NCBI RefSeq assembly: GCF_964188315.1
Contig: NC_135663.1
Coordinates: forward strand, 47,926,001 to 47,990,000
Direction: 5' to 3'
Source: Podarcis muralis
Taxonomy: Eukaryota
DNA: 64,000 nt
The notes beneath the pieces were generated by a model that did not search any database, was not told where the DNA came from, and saw only the letters and a program-made list of their open reading frames with translations. Of this stretch, positions 26,973-40,600 are shown piece after piece. A program made the position numbers and the translations under genes. Each line of letters begins with the position of its first letter. Position 1 is the stretch's first letter.

Positions 26973-27331
26973 GTAAAGGTAAAGGTAAAGGGACCCCTGA
27001 CCATTAGGTCCAGTTGTGGCCGACTCTGGGGTTGCGGCGCTCATCTTGCTTTATTGGCCGAGGGAACTGGTGTACAGCTTCCGAGTCATGTGGCCAGCAT
27101 GACAAAGCCGCTTCTGGCGGACCAGAGCAGTGCACAGAAACGCCGCTTACCTTCCCGCCGGAGCGGTACCTGTTTATCTACTTGCACTTTGACGTGCTTT
27201 CGAACTGCTAGGTTGGCAGGAGCAGGGACTGAGCAACAGGAGCTCACCCCGTTGCGGGGATTCGAACAGCCGACCTTCTGATTGGCAAGTCCTAGGCTCT
27301 GTGGTTTAACCCACAGCGCCACCCGCATCCC
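26973..27331 (-). mobile_element. Sauria SINE
   Basis: tRNA-derived head gggatgcgggtggcgctgtggg, (ACCTTT)n tail, 9-bp TSD aaatgaata at 26964-26972 and 27333-27341. Confidence 0.95.
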
Positions 27332-29842
27332 AAAATGAATAAAACAAGGTGTTTTCAGAAATTCAACTATAATAGAGGTTCCTTTTAGGTTATTGCTCTG
27401 CTGTGCACAACAGCTGGCTTAAATGATATTTCAGCCCTCTTAGGCATCCCATTGAATAGGCGTTTATTATACAGCCAGTCTATATGTTGTGGCCATATAA
27501 TCATGGCTGCCTGAAGCAGCCTCACTATGGGTGTTGCTCCACACTTGTAGCCGTAAAATCAAGAGTTGCTCACTATCTAGATTGCCCAGTTGCATGTCAT
27601 TCCCACAATACTACTAGATATTGAAGGGATGGAAATTCTCTGCACACAGAAAGGAAAGTTACATGGAGCAGCTGACACAAGAAAGCTGTTTGAAGAACTT
27701 CCAGATACAGACCATGCCTTAGGTATCTGCCGAGAGGTGTTTGGCACTTCAAAGCTGAAAATGATACTTGTGTATGAAAGAGAATGAAAACACAGACACA
27801 CAATAACTGCTATGGATGCTCCAGGAAAATTTCAATTCTGATATGAACAGATTCTGATTCAAAACTCCCATTGTTCTAGGCATGTTTTGCGACAGGGAAC
27901 TTCACAAACGCAAACTGTTTCTGAGCTCTGGGTGCAGTACTGCACCTAAGATTTAAGATTAAAATTGCCACTGTTACTCAGAAGTAAATCCCAAGCAAGT
28001 TTAATGGGGCCTCCTCCCAAGTAAAATGTGTATGGATTGAGGACCTGAAAACTTTTTCTTTTCTTTTCTTTTCTTTGAAACCCAACATGTTTTGTTTAGG
28101 TTTTAATTGCCTTGTTTAATGTACTTTTAATGTATGATGTGCTTTTAATTTGAAATATGCTAGCCAGTTAGTTATGGTGGTTTAAGTAGTGCATATTAAA
28201 GTGTTATCTACTTCAGGCTCTCACAGAGATGCTTAAAATCAAAACAAATTTTGGAGTGGGATCATTGAAGGACCCTTAAGTCTTAGGTTTGTAAACTGGA
28301 CACTCAAGGTGGGTGTCTCTGCCATCAGCTGTATAGGCCTTTAATGCGTGTTAATTGTGGTGCAGGAAGATATATTTATATCAAGGAAAGGGGGTGTAGC
28401 GATAATCCAGGACTTGTCTGCCAGGTGGAGGGAAAGGAGGACCTTTTTCTGCCTCCCCACTTCCAGCTACTCTATGAAGACTGCAGAAGGGATCCTCTTC
28501 AGAATATTAGGGTGGCAGGCAGGGGAAGCATGGCTTTGTTTTTCGAAGTCTTCAGATGAGGACTAGACCATGTGATAAATGAACATAGGATTTTAGCTGC
28601 AGTTCATTCATTTTCAGCTTTGTATACTTGTTATAAAAAAGCGCACCTAGACGTTCTGTTGTTGCGCCCATAACCTGGGTTAATGTGTTCATTGGATTGG
28701 ATTCCACACTTTTCTGAATTTTGCAATACATTTCTCATCTCAAAAAAATGTACTGAAATGCATTTAAAATATGCATATAGATAACATATATAATCAAATC
28801 AAACACAATTTTGATATGAATTTTCATGCCACTGAAACATAGATTAATGGGAAAATGGGGGAAAATGGACTTATGAATCAATACATGGCAGAAATTGGAA
28901 ATAGATTAATCGGCCCAACCCTAGCATCTACCAACAACAACCACATTTCCACATTATTATTTTCTCAAAGATGACTGCAGAGGCCACTTGTGCTAGATAA
29001 CAATGATGTAGTGAAATACAGCCGTCAATAGATGCTACACACTGTTGCGTTCAATTTCCCCCCTCATTATATTTTACAAACTGGAAACAACTTTGGGAGA
29101 CCATGGATTTAAATAGAAAAGCTCTTGGAAGGATTTTAAGTGAGACAGCAGCCAACAGGATAATGGTTAAGTAGGCCACCCTTCTCTGTTTGTAGCTTTT
29201 CAAGGCTGCATTTGAAATTTTAAAAAAACTGAGAAAATTGTATATATAAAATACAGCTTTTGTCTAATTGGTTCATTTAGTATACCAATCTGATACTGTA
29301 ATACTGAACAAGGATGTTAATTATTACAGTCACTACTCTCAGGTTTTATTGAGCTCAGAAGATTTACAAAACTTGTATAGACACAGTAGCCCTTTTAAAA
29401 ATGATTCCAAGGTAGCCTAAGCTTGTGTCTATTTTGTCTATAGTGATGGTTGGCTGCTTAAGAATCAGTGTTTCCCCCCCCCCCCCCTGCAGTTATTATG
29501 GTGTAGAAATATGCAAGGGTTAAAAAAAAACAACCCTGTACATTATTTACTTGCTACAAAAAGCTGAAATTAATATTGTGACATTTAGCTCTGAGTACGT
29601 AAGGTCTAGTAAAGTAAATAGCAAGACTGCTAGATTGAAATTTATAGCTGCATTAGGCCAAAACAATTAGAAGACTTGCCAGAAAGTGTCCTTGCTTGAG
29701 AGAGACTAGTGGCAGAAGAATTCTTGAGTGCTGCCTGCAAAATGTAATTGATTGTACAAACATATGCACTGTTGAAAGAGTCACAGAAAATGCATTTGCT
29801 TGTTGATGTGAGCCAATTCTTCCAAAACATATTAGCAGCTTA

Positions 29843-29844
<2 letters not shown>

Positions 29845-29876
<32 letters not shown>

Positions 29877-29934
29877 ATGCGCATGCGTGTGTGTGTGTGT
29901 GTGCGCATGCGTGTGCACACATGCATGCATGTAT
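29845..29934. repeat. (GT)n-based compound repeat, 90 bp of unbroken purine-pyrimidine alternation
   Basis: Read directly; GT runs interleaved with GCAT/GCGC palindromes. Confidence 0.95.
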
Positions 29935-30411
29935 TTAACAATGTTCAGAGTTGTTCTGTACTGTTCCATTGCTGTATGGTTTAACAATCAGATTGTTGGG
30001 TTCGAATATGGGAAACACAGATTAAAAACCTTTATAGACACAATGAAGCATATTGGGTGGTACTGGGCAACCACTAGCTCTCAACCTATCTTTGTTGTGA
30101 AGTGAAAATGCTGTTTTGTGCTTTTGAACAATACAAACTTAAAGAAATTTACACTTCTGTTGTAAACAGTCTTAATCTTCAGGATGTCAAGATTTTGGGA
30201 AACTGATGATTTGAATTTCAGTGCTGTGGTGCAGTCAGTATTTGTTATGAAGCTGCATAAGATTGCTTTGATGGTATTGTTTATTCTATTAGCCAAAGCT
30301 CTTAGATGTATTTGTAAAAATAAAACAAAAAACATTTTTTCATATCCATGTTCTAGAAGTAAGTACACCATGTTTCTTTAGTACCTGACTATATTCTGTT
30401 GCACCAAGCAG

Positions 30412-30605
30412 GGAAAGGCTCATAGCTCTGTTGCAGGGCATGCATTTTCCATGCAGAAGGTCCCACTTGCAATCTGGGGCATCTGGTTAGGGCAGGAAAT
30501 GCTCCTGAATAACTGCTGCCAGTCAATGTCGTCAGTGTAGAATTGATAGTACTGTGTTTAATGGACCAATTGTTTGCCCGGGAGTAAAGCAACTTCCTGT
30601 GTTCC
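30412..30605 (+). mobile_element. Old tRNA(Ala)-like SINE with CR1-type tail
   Basis: catagctctgttgcagggcatgc...atgcagaaggtccc...gctgccagtc...atggaccaat...gcaacttcctgtgttcc. Confidence 0.65.
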
Positions 30606-32679
30606 CATGGAAGGGCAAAATAATGGAATAAACTACTTTAGGAATGTCTTCTTTGATTGTCATGCATAGAAGCAAAGAGCAGAGCGGCCCAGATATCTAC
30701 AGACCCCCAGAGCACATTACAGTCTTTTTTTGCTCATTGTGTAGCCTTAGCAGAAGTGATTGAAAACCCCAACCCTCAATTATTATTCCCATATCTGGGA
30801 TTCAGATGCTCATCAAGAATCTGCCCTGGTGAGTAAAAGGGTGGAGGCAGTGCTTAATTTGCCTAACTACCAAGGACTTCCTTGTGACTTTTGTTCCTGG
30901 ATCCTTCAGTGTATTTGTCTCTTAATAAGCCAAAGCCAATAGTTTCTGCAAGTCATTTATTACCTTTTAATTATGGGCAGAAATACAGCCTCACATTTTT
31001 AAAAGCTGGGAGCCAGGCTAGGAAGGAGAATATGGTTGTTAACAGAAATCAAAGGACACCTTTCATAAAACACTTTTGCCACCAAATGAGATGGATCCTA
31101 TTAATATCGTATTCAGGCACTGAAAATATTCCAGAGCTAAAATAACTTGATGAATAAGTATATTTTATATGTGTGATAGTTGTGCTTATCAACCACATAC
31201 AAATGAAATATTGTTTCTGGAGTTGAATTTATTTCTGAAGAATCACAATATAAAACAAAGAAGGCTTTGTCTTCAACTAGAACATTTAAAATATCATTTT
31301 GACTTCTTTCCAAGAATCACGGAGTTTTCCCTTTCAGTTTGTACATGACAGTAACCAGCTCTATCCTTTCAGAGTTTTGAAGTGTAGCAATAGTTGAATT
31401 AATGTCAAAAACCTAGCATGCAAAACAGCAAAAGAGACCTGGAAAGGATGTTTAGGACTGTTTGACACTTGGCCCTTTTTATAGCAACGTTTCTGGAACA
31501 CAATTCGACAATCCACGTAATGACCTGCACTGTTTCAGGGTGTCTCATGTTTCACTGAGTATATGAGAATACATGTATGGTTTCTTTGGAAACCAAGTGC
31601 TAGCTTGTTACTTCTCAAAGAAGGGACATACTGAAGCAGAATTCAGTGAATGAGATGCTTCAGAAGTATGTATGTATTCCAATGACAGTGGTAAAAATGG
31701 AAACATCTGGATTTTTTCAAGATTCTCTGAATGGCTGCATTTTTGTGTCTTCCACTAATACCAGAAAATGTGTGTGAAGTTTGTGAATGGGTTTCGACAT
31801 GACAGTGTGCACTGAGCTTTCCATAACTTCCATTATCAGAAATCCTGCATGTAACTTTTCTTTTTAAAGTCTATTTTAAACTGGCTTAGCAAGTGAGAAG
31901 TCCTGGAGCAGGACCAAACAATGTCTAATTTAATCCTTAGCACCCGATCAAAGCATCCATGTGAGAGCGTAGTTGTAAGAAATCACCATTTGCCAGTAGT
32001 TCCCACAAAGCAATATCTGAGACACCACAGTCATTTCCTATCTCCAAGTATGGGTAAGACTGTGGTGTCTTTTATATGAATGTGTGGTTAACGCTGGCAA
32101 AATGTGCCTTTGTTATGTTGACCGCTAACTCTAATGGAAACAGAAGATGATCAAGCCCAGAAAACCAATGTACTATTTTGCATATTAAATTTCCCTCCAT
32201 GTTAGAAAAATGTTTTGTTTTTATAATAGAAACACAATAACATTTTGGGCTGTGTATGCAGGGTGCTGTTCCATGAAGTGGCCTTATAAGCTGTGCCCAT
32301 GTTTCTCTCTCTCTCAATATAATACTGTCAGTGTGCATGGTATGTTAAAGCTATCTTATCTATATCTGTCTGTTTATCTATCTATCATCTATCATAATCT
32401 ATCTCTGCATTCTGAAATTTGACACAGGATAAAAGAGCAGAAAGAAAGGGGTAGCAAGGCCTTGGTGGTCTTTGAAGTATAAAGAATTTGTATTGATCCA
32501 GGAGTGCAAAGGAAGCCAGTATGGGAATTTAACGTGGGGCACCACCTAGAGAAGTTAGAGAGGTGAATGGTTTTGGAGTTGAGTGCTGAATAAACATGAG
32601 AAGGCCAATTTGAGAAAGCCAGGGAAGCAAAGATTGAATTAGTTTAGGTGAGATGATCAGGCTGTGGACAAGAGAAGGA

Positions 32680-33060
32680 CCATAACCAAGTGGTAGAGGA
32701 ACTGCTTTGCTTGCAGAAGATTTTTTGGAGGAAACTTACTTTCTAGATCCGTTTCAATCAGGGTTTTGGCACGGAAACTGCTTTGGTTGCCCTGTATGAT
32801 GCCCTGTCTGGAGATAGACAGGGGAAAGGTGTCCCTGTTAATTCTCATTGGTGTCTCAGTAGCTTTCAATACCATTGGTATTTTTCTGGAGTGGCTGTTG
32901 GGGTAGTTGGTATCACTTTGTGGTGGTTCTGGTCCTACTTGGGTAGTCCAGACGGTGATGCCTGGGGAGTGCTCTTAGGTTCCATGGAGGCTTTGATGTG
33001 ACGTTCCTCAAGGTTCAGTTTTATCCCCATCTACATGAAGCCGCTAAGTGGGGTCATCCT
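32680..33060 (+). mobile_element. Degenerate L2 reverse-transcriptase fragment
   Basis: Motifs LDPFQSGF, TETALVALYDAL, VPQGSVLSP, YMKPL across frameshifts. Confidence 0.75.
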
Positions 33061-34250
33061 ACTAGTCCAGGCCAAAGCATTTCATCACCTCTATATTCTT
33101 TTGTGGAGAAAAAGAGAGAGGATGAACAGAAAGAAGAAATGGGACACTGTATATGGTTTTTGAAAAGACTGAAGTCCTATGCTGTTGGCTTGGGTTAAAG
33201 GTGGTTCCTGGGTTTGAAAAGATGACAGTATATAAGTTCTAGAGGTTATTGGAAGAGTAAAAGGAGCAATGCTCAGTTTTGTAAATCCTTTTGGAAATGC
33301 AAGATGTTGGCCTTAATATCACCCCCCCCCCTTTCCTTTGTTAAAACAGGATTAATAGTATTGGACCCATATTTTTTATTACACAAAAACTTTGAAACAT
33401 GTTCAGCACAATTTGTAGTTAAGAGTCCCTAGAGTACAAGCATAACATTGTTTTCAGTGATTTACACTGACATGGGAGGGAGATTAGGTCTTTCACTTAA
33501 TTATGTGACGTTAGGCAGATTCTTAAACTAAATGGGCAGTGTTAAGAAATAAAGAGAATGGAAGAGAAATATATTTGTTTGAATGGTTCAAATAGCTGAC
33601 ATTCCCTGTTCCATACAATGTTAATAGTTCTCAATAGCCCATTTAAACTTTCTGCTTATTACCTAAAAAACTTGTGTAACGACAACCAATGGGTAAAAGA
33701 ATGCAGAAGGAAATTTCAGTGATTGTTTATTTGGAGATCTGGTTCTAACATACACAAGATACTGATACAAAGGTTGCATGCCATACAAAACAAAGATAGT
33801 TGATATATATAGCAATATTCCCCCCACCCCAATACAAACTAGAGATAAGTGGATTTCCGCAGTTTTATTTGTTTTCCTGTAGGTTGACTCTGTTCAGCTT
33901 CACCTTTCTTCTAATTTTATGTGAAGAATTTTGAATTAATTTTAGAATTGGTAAATGTATTAATTGCTCCCACTTGTTTACAGTGTTTATACATGTTTGT
34001 CTCCAAGTAATCCATGCAAAGCAATAGTGGATGGTATCCTGCGGTGTCTGTCTGCTGACAGAAATAATCCACCAGCCTTATTGATGAGAGAGGTGTTTTT
34101 CAGCAGTTCTCCCTCACCTCTGAATCCGCTTTAGGTCTTCCAAACCTTTGCAGAAGATTTAGGGGGACACAGGGAACTGCAAGTGTATGGGAGGTTAATC
34201 CCATCTCCTATTCCATCTATGGATGGACATGATTGGATACTGCCATGTTA

Positions 34251-34620
34251 GGGATGCAGGTGGCACTGTGGTCCAAACGACTGAGCCTCTTGGGCTTGCC
34301 AATTGAAAGGTTGGCAGTTCGAATCTGCATGACAGGGTGAACTCCCACTGCTCTGTCCCAGCTTCTGCCAACCCAGCAGTTCAAAAGCATACCACTGCAA
34401 GTAAATAGGTACCGCTGTGGCAGGAAGGTAAACACCATTTCTGTGCTCTCTGGCACTCATCATGGTCCTCTGTGCACTAGAAGTGGTTTAGTCATGCTGG
34501 CTACATGACCTGGAAAGCTGTCTGGACACAGGTTCCCTCGGCCTGAAAAGCAAGATGAGCGCCGCACCCCATAGTCGCCTTTGACTGGACTTAACTGTCC
34601 AGGGGTCCTTTACCTTTACC
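34251..34620 (+). mobile_element. Sauria SINE, older (CpG-depleted) copy
   Basis: Head gggatgcaggtggcactgtgg, ACCTTT tail, TSD tact(g/a)ccatgtt at 34238-34249 and 34637-34648. Confidence 0.92.
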
Positions 34621-35348
34621 CCCCCTTTTTTAACCTTACTACCATGTTCTGAAACAGCAGTTTTATTTTTTAAGAATTTGATTGTCTGCATGAGTCCGTA
34701 TCTGCAGCAATTAAAAACCATGGGTCTATTTCAGCAAGTGAAACAAATCTGCACCCCTAATTACAACATTAGCAAATATCTATATTTGCTAATATAGCAG
34801 TTCCTCCTTTGGGAGGAAGGTTCATATAAAAAATATAGTAAGTGAATTATATATATTTATCAACAAGTAGAACTGGATCAGGGTGCAGGTATATGAAGCA
34901 AGGGTCACAGATGGTGTGTTGACTATCCACAACTGACGTTCCAGAACTACATTCTTCCTTCCGGCGACAGCTGTTGAAGAAGTACTTTTGCTGTCAAAAG
35001 CTTACAGATTTTGTAATAGCATTTGGTGCCAAAATCTTAAGTTCTTGGATGTTCTCAATGATTTTTTTAAAAAACAGCACTACTTATTTATAGACATTCC
35101 TGTTATAAGGAACACACTACAAACAAAAGAGAAATATGCACATTCCTGTGTTCATGATGATGCACAAATGCATTATCAAAAGGTTGCACACAGTATTTCA
35201 AATACTTTTGTGTGTGAATGACAGTGAAGGTATAGCAGATAGGAACAGAAAGACTGAGCAAGAGTAAACTGTATATATACACAGGGATTTCTACAATGTC
35301 TGAAAGTCCTCTTTGAACTAATATTGGATTAGTAATGCAATGATGTAG

Positions 35349-35709
35349 GGACGCGGGTGGCGCTGTGGGTAAAAGCCTCAGCGCCTAAGGCTTGCTGATC
35401 GAAAGGTCGGTGGTTCGAACCCCCGCGGCGGGGTGCGCTCCCGTTGCTCGGTCCCAGCGCCTGCCAACCTAGCAGTTCGAAAGCGCCCCCGGGTGCAAGT
35501 AGGTAAATAGGGACCGCTTACTAGCGGGAAGGTAAACGGCGTTTCCGTGTGCGGCTCTGGCTCGCCAGAGCAGTGATGTCACGCTGGCCACGTGACCCGG
35601 AAGTGTCTCCAGACAGCGCTGGCCCCCAGCCTCTTAAGTGAGATGGGCGCACAACCCCAGAGTCTGTCAAGACTGGCCCGTACGGGCAGGGGTACCTTTA
35701 CCTTTACCT
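35349..35709 (+). mobile_element. Sauria SINE, young full-length copy
   Basis: CpG-rich; A box TGGCGCTGTGG and B box GGTTCGAACCC (35412-35422); ACCTTT tail; perfect 16-bp TSD taatgcaatgatgtag at 35333-35348 and 35710-35725. Confidence 0.97.
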
Positions 35710-37109
35710 TAATGCAATGATGTAGCTCTTTCAGACACAGGGAACAGAGAAACTAAAATCCGAGAAAATTCAGAAGAGAACGCAAGCACTGCTTTCATAA
35801 AGTTATGAAAGTTTGCAGCCCATTTCTTGTACAAGTAGGCTTGTACAATTACTACCTCAACAGAGCTGTGCCACCAAAGTGTACTGAGGACACAAGTATA
35901 AATAATTCACTCTGATCCAGAGCCCACTCTGCAGTGCAATGTGCACATGGATTTCCAGCCAAGTATGGGCTTACAAACTTCATATGCAGGCCCCTTTGAG
36001 TTTGTGGCGTTGCCTCCTTAATGGAAGTTACTGGCAGTGCTTTTTGCCTACAAGGAATCTGTGGATCAGGTGGTTATGTTACATTATGTAATCAGATGCA
36101 TGAACGCTTCCTTTGGAAGATGTTTTGCTTACATAATTGACTACTGAATTGTCTGTTTCGTATGATACTCTTAAGGTTTTTGTGTTAAAAGATGCACCAT
36201 GACAGCATCAGATATATAGATGTTCAGAGTGCAAAATCTACCCAAAGATTCTTGGGGGCAATACTTCTAGGGAGAGAAGTAGAGCCAAGGGGATGGCCTC
36301 CAACTTAAAAGGGGAGTGGTTTACAAACCCTGCTCTGATGCTGTATCGCCAGCCTCAAACCTGCATGCTATAGTGGTAGGGCAACAAACTGTTCTGTTAG
36401 TCCAAACCTACACTGAATGGCATTGAGGGAGGTTGGACCACCTTTCGATGCCATATCAGGTCAATGGTGGGTGTGCAGAAAGCTGTACAGCTAGCCTGAA
36501 TCTTTGGATTATAGTGTTGTAGGCAAGGCTGAGCAGTACAGTGAGAAAACATGTTAAGCATCTTCCTACCGTTTGGGAGAGTGGGGTTTTGTCCTGTTGA
36601 AGTTTGTGAGTGTGCAGACTGCTCTGTTATTCTAGCACTCTATTCCCATTTCCCCCCCATCACCAATAGGGCACTGAGCTGTTTCAAATGTTCTGTTCCT
36701 ATGAGAGGATTTTGCACATGTGCAACTCCTATTGGGAAGGTGCTTTTTTTTCTGGGGAGGGGCGGTCTCTTTTTAAATAAGTAACAATTTCCTGCATACT
36801 TGGAGAGTCCTTTGAGTGTGTCAAATTCTGTCTCTGTATTTGGTCCCATTTCACTGATTGGCAAAGGACAACCAAGTTTGCTCTTAGAGAGACTGGTGAA
36901 TACTCTAAATAGCATAAGGTCAAACTCTGAAGTTTCATTGCTCAAAATATAACTTTTTTCATGTTCAGTGTTATAATAATTATGTATTGCTGCCTCTTGC
37001 AGTCTTCATTTTATCTGGATTCCAGTAGAATACTTAAAGTTGCCATTCATCTCCCCCAATTGCAGCTATAAATATTAATTAATGAGATAGTACAGTGAAC
37101 ATAGTCAGC

Positions 37110-37519
37110 AGCATATAATACAATTTCATTTTATTTAAAACATATTTTGCATAATATAAAAATATTGATCACAGTGAGATTTAACAATTGTTACTGCTAT
37201 AAACAAGAATGCAGTACAATATTTTTAATGGAAATAAATTATATAGTTATTATCTTTTTAAAAAATCACAAGGAAGAAAATGTAGGCTGTTTGGTCATTA
37301 GAAAAAAAAAATCAAGTTCTTATTGAGTTCTTTATAATGAAGAAAATCCCAGGTTTTGTTTTCTACATTTGCTTTCCACACATCTTAAGAGCACAAATGA
37401 GTCTGTGTCCAATAGTCCTATGATGTCTCTTTTGCACAGTAAATCCAAAATGTTAGCAGTCTTTCTTATAAAAAAAAACACAGGAAAAATGTACACCAAT
37501 TTGTCAGATGGTATCTTCA
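37110..37519 (-). promoter_or_regulatory. VEGFC: VEGFC 3' UTR (approximate 3' end)
   Basis: Lies between the stop codon and AATAAA. AT-rich; the distal ~200 nt closely resembles the human VEGFC 3' UTR as I recall it. Confidence 0.8.
37130..37135 (-). terminator. VEGFC: Polyadenylation signal AATAAA of VEGFC
   Basis: Minus strand reads gttttaAATAAAatgaaattgtattat, about 385 nt after the stop. Confidence 0.8.
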
Positions 37520-37634
37520 CTAATTAATAAGTGGTCTTTTCCAATATGTTGGCACACAACGGCAAACTTCTTCACTGTAATAAAATCCAGGTTCACAGCG
37601 TTTCGTTCGAACTGTACACGGTGGTCTGTAGCAG
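37520..37634 (-). CDS. VEGFC: VEGFC coding exon 7 ([37 protein letters not shown])
   Basis: Acceptor tctttcag/C; stop TAG at 37522-37520; 115 nt. Confidence 0.97.
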
Positions 37635-40600
37635 CTGAAAGAAGTTGGGGGGGGGGAAACAGTTGTAAAACTGACATGAGAAATTATTCTGCCTATTCTG
37701 AAATCTACAATGTGCTCTTGGAAAAAAGCAATTAATCTATGCAAGGATTCTCTGTAAGGTGCGTGGATTCAAGTGGCTGGCAAACAGAACTGGATACCGT
37801 TATAAGTCTTAATAAGTGCTCCGCCTACAGCTGCTTCTCTCTCTCATGTAAGCTCTCCATAAATGGAAAACACCACACAGAGAGGAGCAAGGAAGAGGTG
37901 GGTGTAGTTCTGTGAATGATAGTTTCTAGCATCCACTGACGGAATGGATTTACCAGGGCTCTTTTTACTTAGTCATGTTGCTTTCGGAATAGGAATTCCG
38001 CCCCCTCAACTGCCAATTTTCTGGCACCAAGGAAGACATGGTGGTTTGCCCTGGTCCTTTCTGGATTTTCATGCAGGATGAATATTTATTTTATTGTCAC
38101 TTGTTGTAACTGAATTGTGAACTGTTCGGTTGTTGCTGTTCTAGTGTTGTTAATGATGCCTTGGATCCAAGGTGAAGTGTGATGTCAATATCAAGATGAG
38201 GCAATCACATATCTTGACTCGTTGAGATGGGTTCTGAAGCAAATACTTCTTCTGTGCACAGCGCTAATAATTACTCATTGTCAAGTGACTATAACTATGT
38301 AACAACTTTCAAATATTTGAAAACGTTCTAGCTATTTACACTACTAACTTTTTCTAGTACTGAGCTTCTAACTGCAATATCTTCTAGTCTGAACAATTTG
38401 TCTGTAATGAACTATCTTACAGATCAGTGTTATTTTCTTTCTTTTAAAAAAAAGCCAAGAATTTCTCTCTGAAATAGTCTAATTTTAAAATTACTCAAGC
38501 CTGTTTTGCTCATGTAGAGTTCCTGTAACATCAGTGGAAGCAATGTGCAGGTTCAGAGGCTTATATGTATAACATTATGAATTGAAAATGGGATGGAAAG
38601 ACATCAGTAATTTATAGCACTTCAGTCAGGGAAGTAAAAAAGTACTTTACTAACCCTCACTTCATGCTTAAAAGATAAATATTTTGCATCAGTGGATAAT
38701 TTGTTTCTACAGGGATTGCAGGACAAAGGCTATAAACAAGTTTGTCATAGCATGATAATTTCTTATGGTTGTTTTTAAAACAGGTTGACCTAACATAACC
38801 TCGCACTGATAGTGCCAAATAGCCTCTGGTGTGTAATGTAGACAAAGCACTAGTCTTTTGCTATTTCAAACACTGGCAGCAAATCAAGAGCGAAAAGTAT
38901 ATGTTTCAAGTTTCAACACAGCTATATTTTAAATTTGTTTTTAAAATTGTCTGTTTTTATAAAAGATAGTTTAATGATCTCAATTAACATTCCTCCTGAT
39001 TAATAGTTTATGCATTTCAGTTTACAAATAAAATATTAGATGTCTGCACAACAAAATCCAAAGGGGGGAAAAAAGAAGACTTCCTGAACAGAGGGAGGAC
39101 ACTTTCTTTCGGCTCTGTCCCTACATGCCTTTCCCTGCTCCAATCTAACTTGAACCCAGAAAAGTGCTTTTGTATCTGGATTTTTAAAAGTAGATTGGTA
39201 CACCTACCTCCATGGACCCAGCTCTGGGGACAACCCCCATTTCTTGAGCTGGAACTGCCCTGGTTGAGTTTGCTCTGAAAATGTGACTTTTAGAAGACAT
39301 CTGAAGGCAGCCCTATATTGGGAAATTTTTAATGTCTTATGTTTTTACAACTTTTTATATGCTGTAAGCTGCCCAGAGTGGCTGGAGAAACTGAGCCAGA
39401 TGGGTGGGGTATAAATAATAAAATTATTACTATTGTTCTCACGGAGCACATGCTCTTCAAGGTAAACCCAGCCCACCTTGCTGAATTTCTTTTCCAGGTA
39501 AGTGCCCACCTGCTTTTAGTGGCAGAAGTATCCTTATTGTGTGTGTGTATAGGGTGGGGAGTCAAGGCACATGCCCACTAAGTCTAATTCTCTTCCCCCT
39601 TGACACCCTGAGCCACTTCCTTCCTTCAGCCTTCTGTTGATTATACATGCACATTACTCTCTAGTGCCTGAAATATACTCTGAGTCGAGAGTGGATTTCA
39701 TGCTCTTTATTCAGCTCATAGTGGCGAGGAGGAATGGAAGTTCCCCCTGTCTGTTTTTGAGGTGGTGACTTTTAAGTATGTCGGGAAATATTCACTAAAA
39801 TGCATATATATTAGTGAAAGCAACATACAGAACTGCATTAGGGGAAACCGTTTTGCAAAATGTGGAAATTTATCAGCAATTAAATGGGAGAATCTGTTGC
39901 ATCCTGTTTCAATGTCCAAAACAGAGCAGTGGCAGAAGCAGAGTAATGGCAGCACCAACAGTTCCCTTCCTAATAAACAAGGGACATTATTGGGGTTCAG
40001 GCATTCTATGAAACACCCATGTGAGCATATCCCTCTTTGGGAGAATATGCAAACAGCCTTAGCTACTTTTGCAGAGGTTATTCAGGGAGATGTGCCATAC
40101 TCTTTTGTACAATGGACTACAATATCATACTGTTTTCCTCACAGTAGAATCACATTCAGTTGTATGGCTTATTCTAGGTTGCTCTTGGCTCTGCTTTCTA
40201 TAGCAAAAGTAATATATATAGTAGGCAGATAACTACTGGGAAGAAAAATGCTAGATAATGCTCATCACATGAACAAACTGTGCTGGAGTTAGTGTTGTGG
40301 CTCTTCTCTGCATGAATCATACAGAAGTTAAAGAGGAATAAGTTCTTACAGTGCATTCATTTAACCACAGTGTGTGTGTGTGAACCTACATCTGAATAGT
40401 GACAGCTGGGTTTTAAGGACAGGAACAGGATGTAAGTTGGATTTGAAATCTACTAGGATGTAATTTGCTAGTATATTTATTAGGATTTTCAAATACAGCT
40501 AAGGATGGCACATGCAGAGAAATGTGTGTACCAAAAGGTTGTGTTTGAAACAGGAGATTGTATTCTATAAAAACTAATTCGATACTGTATTATATGTTTG

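Noticed and set aside
35349-35425. tRNA gene calls at SINE heads (also 59230-59295 and 63928-64000)
   Set aside because: A/B boxes are present but continue into SINE bodies with tails and TSDs; not true tRNAs.
1-37000. Exons of a neighbouring gene (SPCS3/ASB5 side in other vertebrates)
   Set aside because: No ORF or exon-like translation matching these proteins was found; small exons could still be missed.
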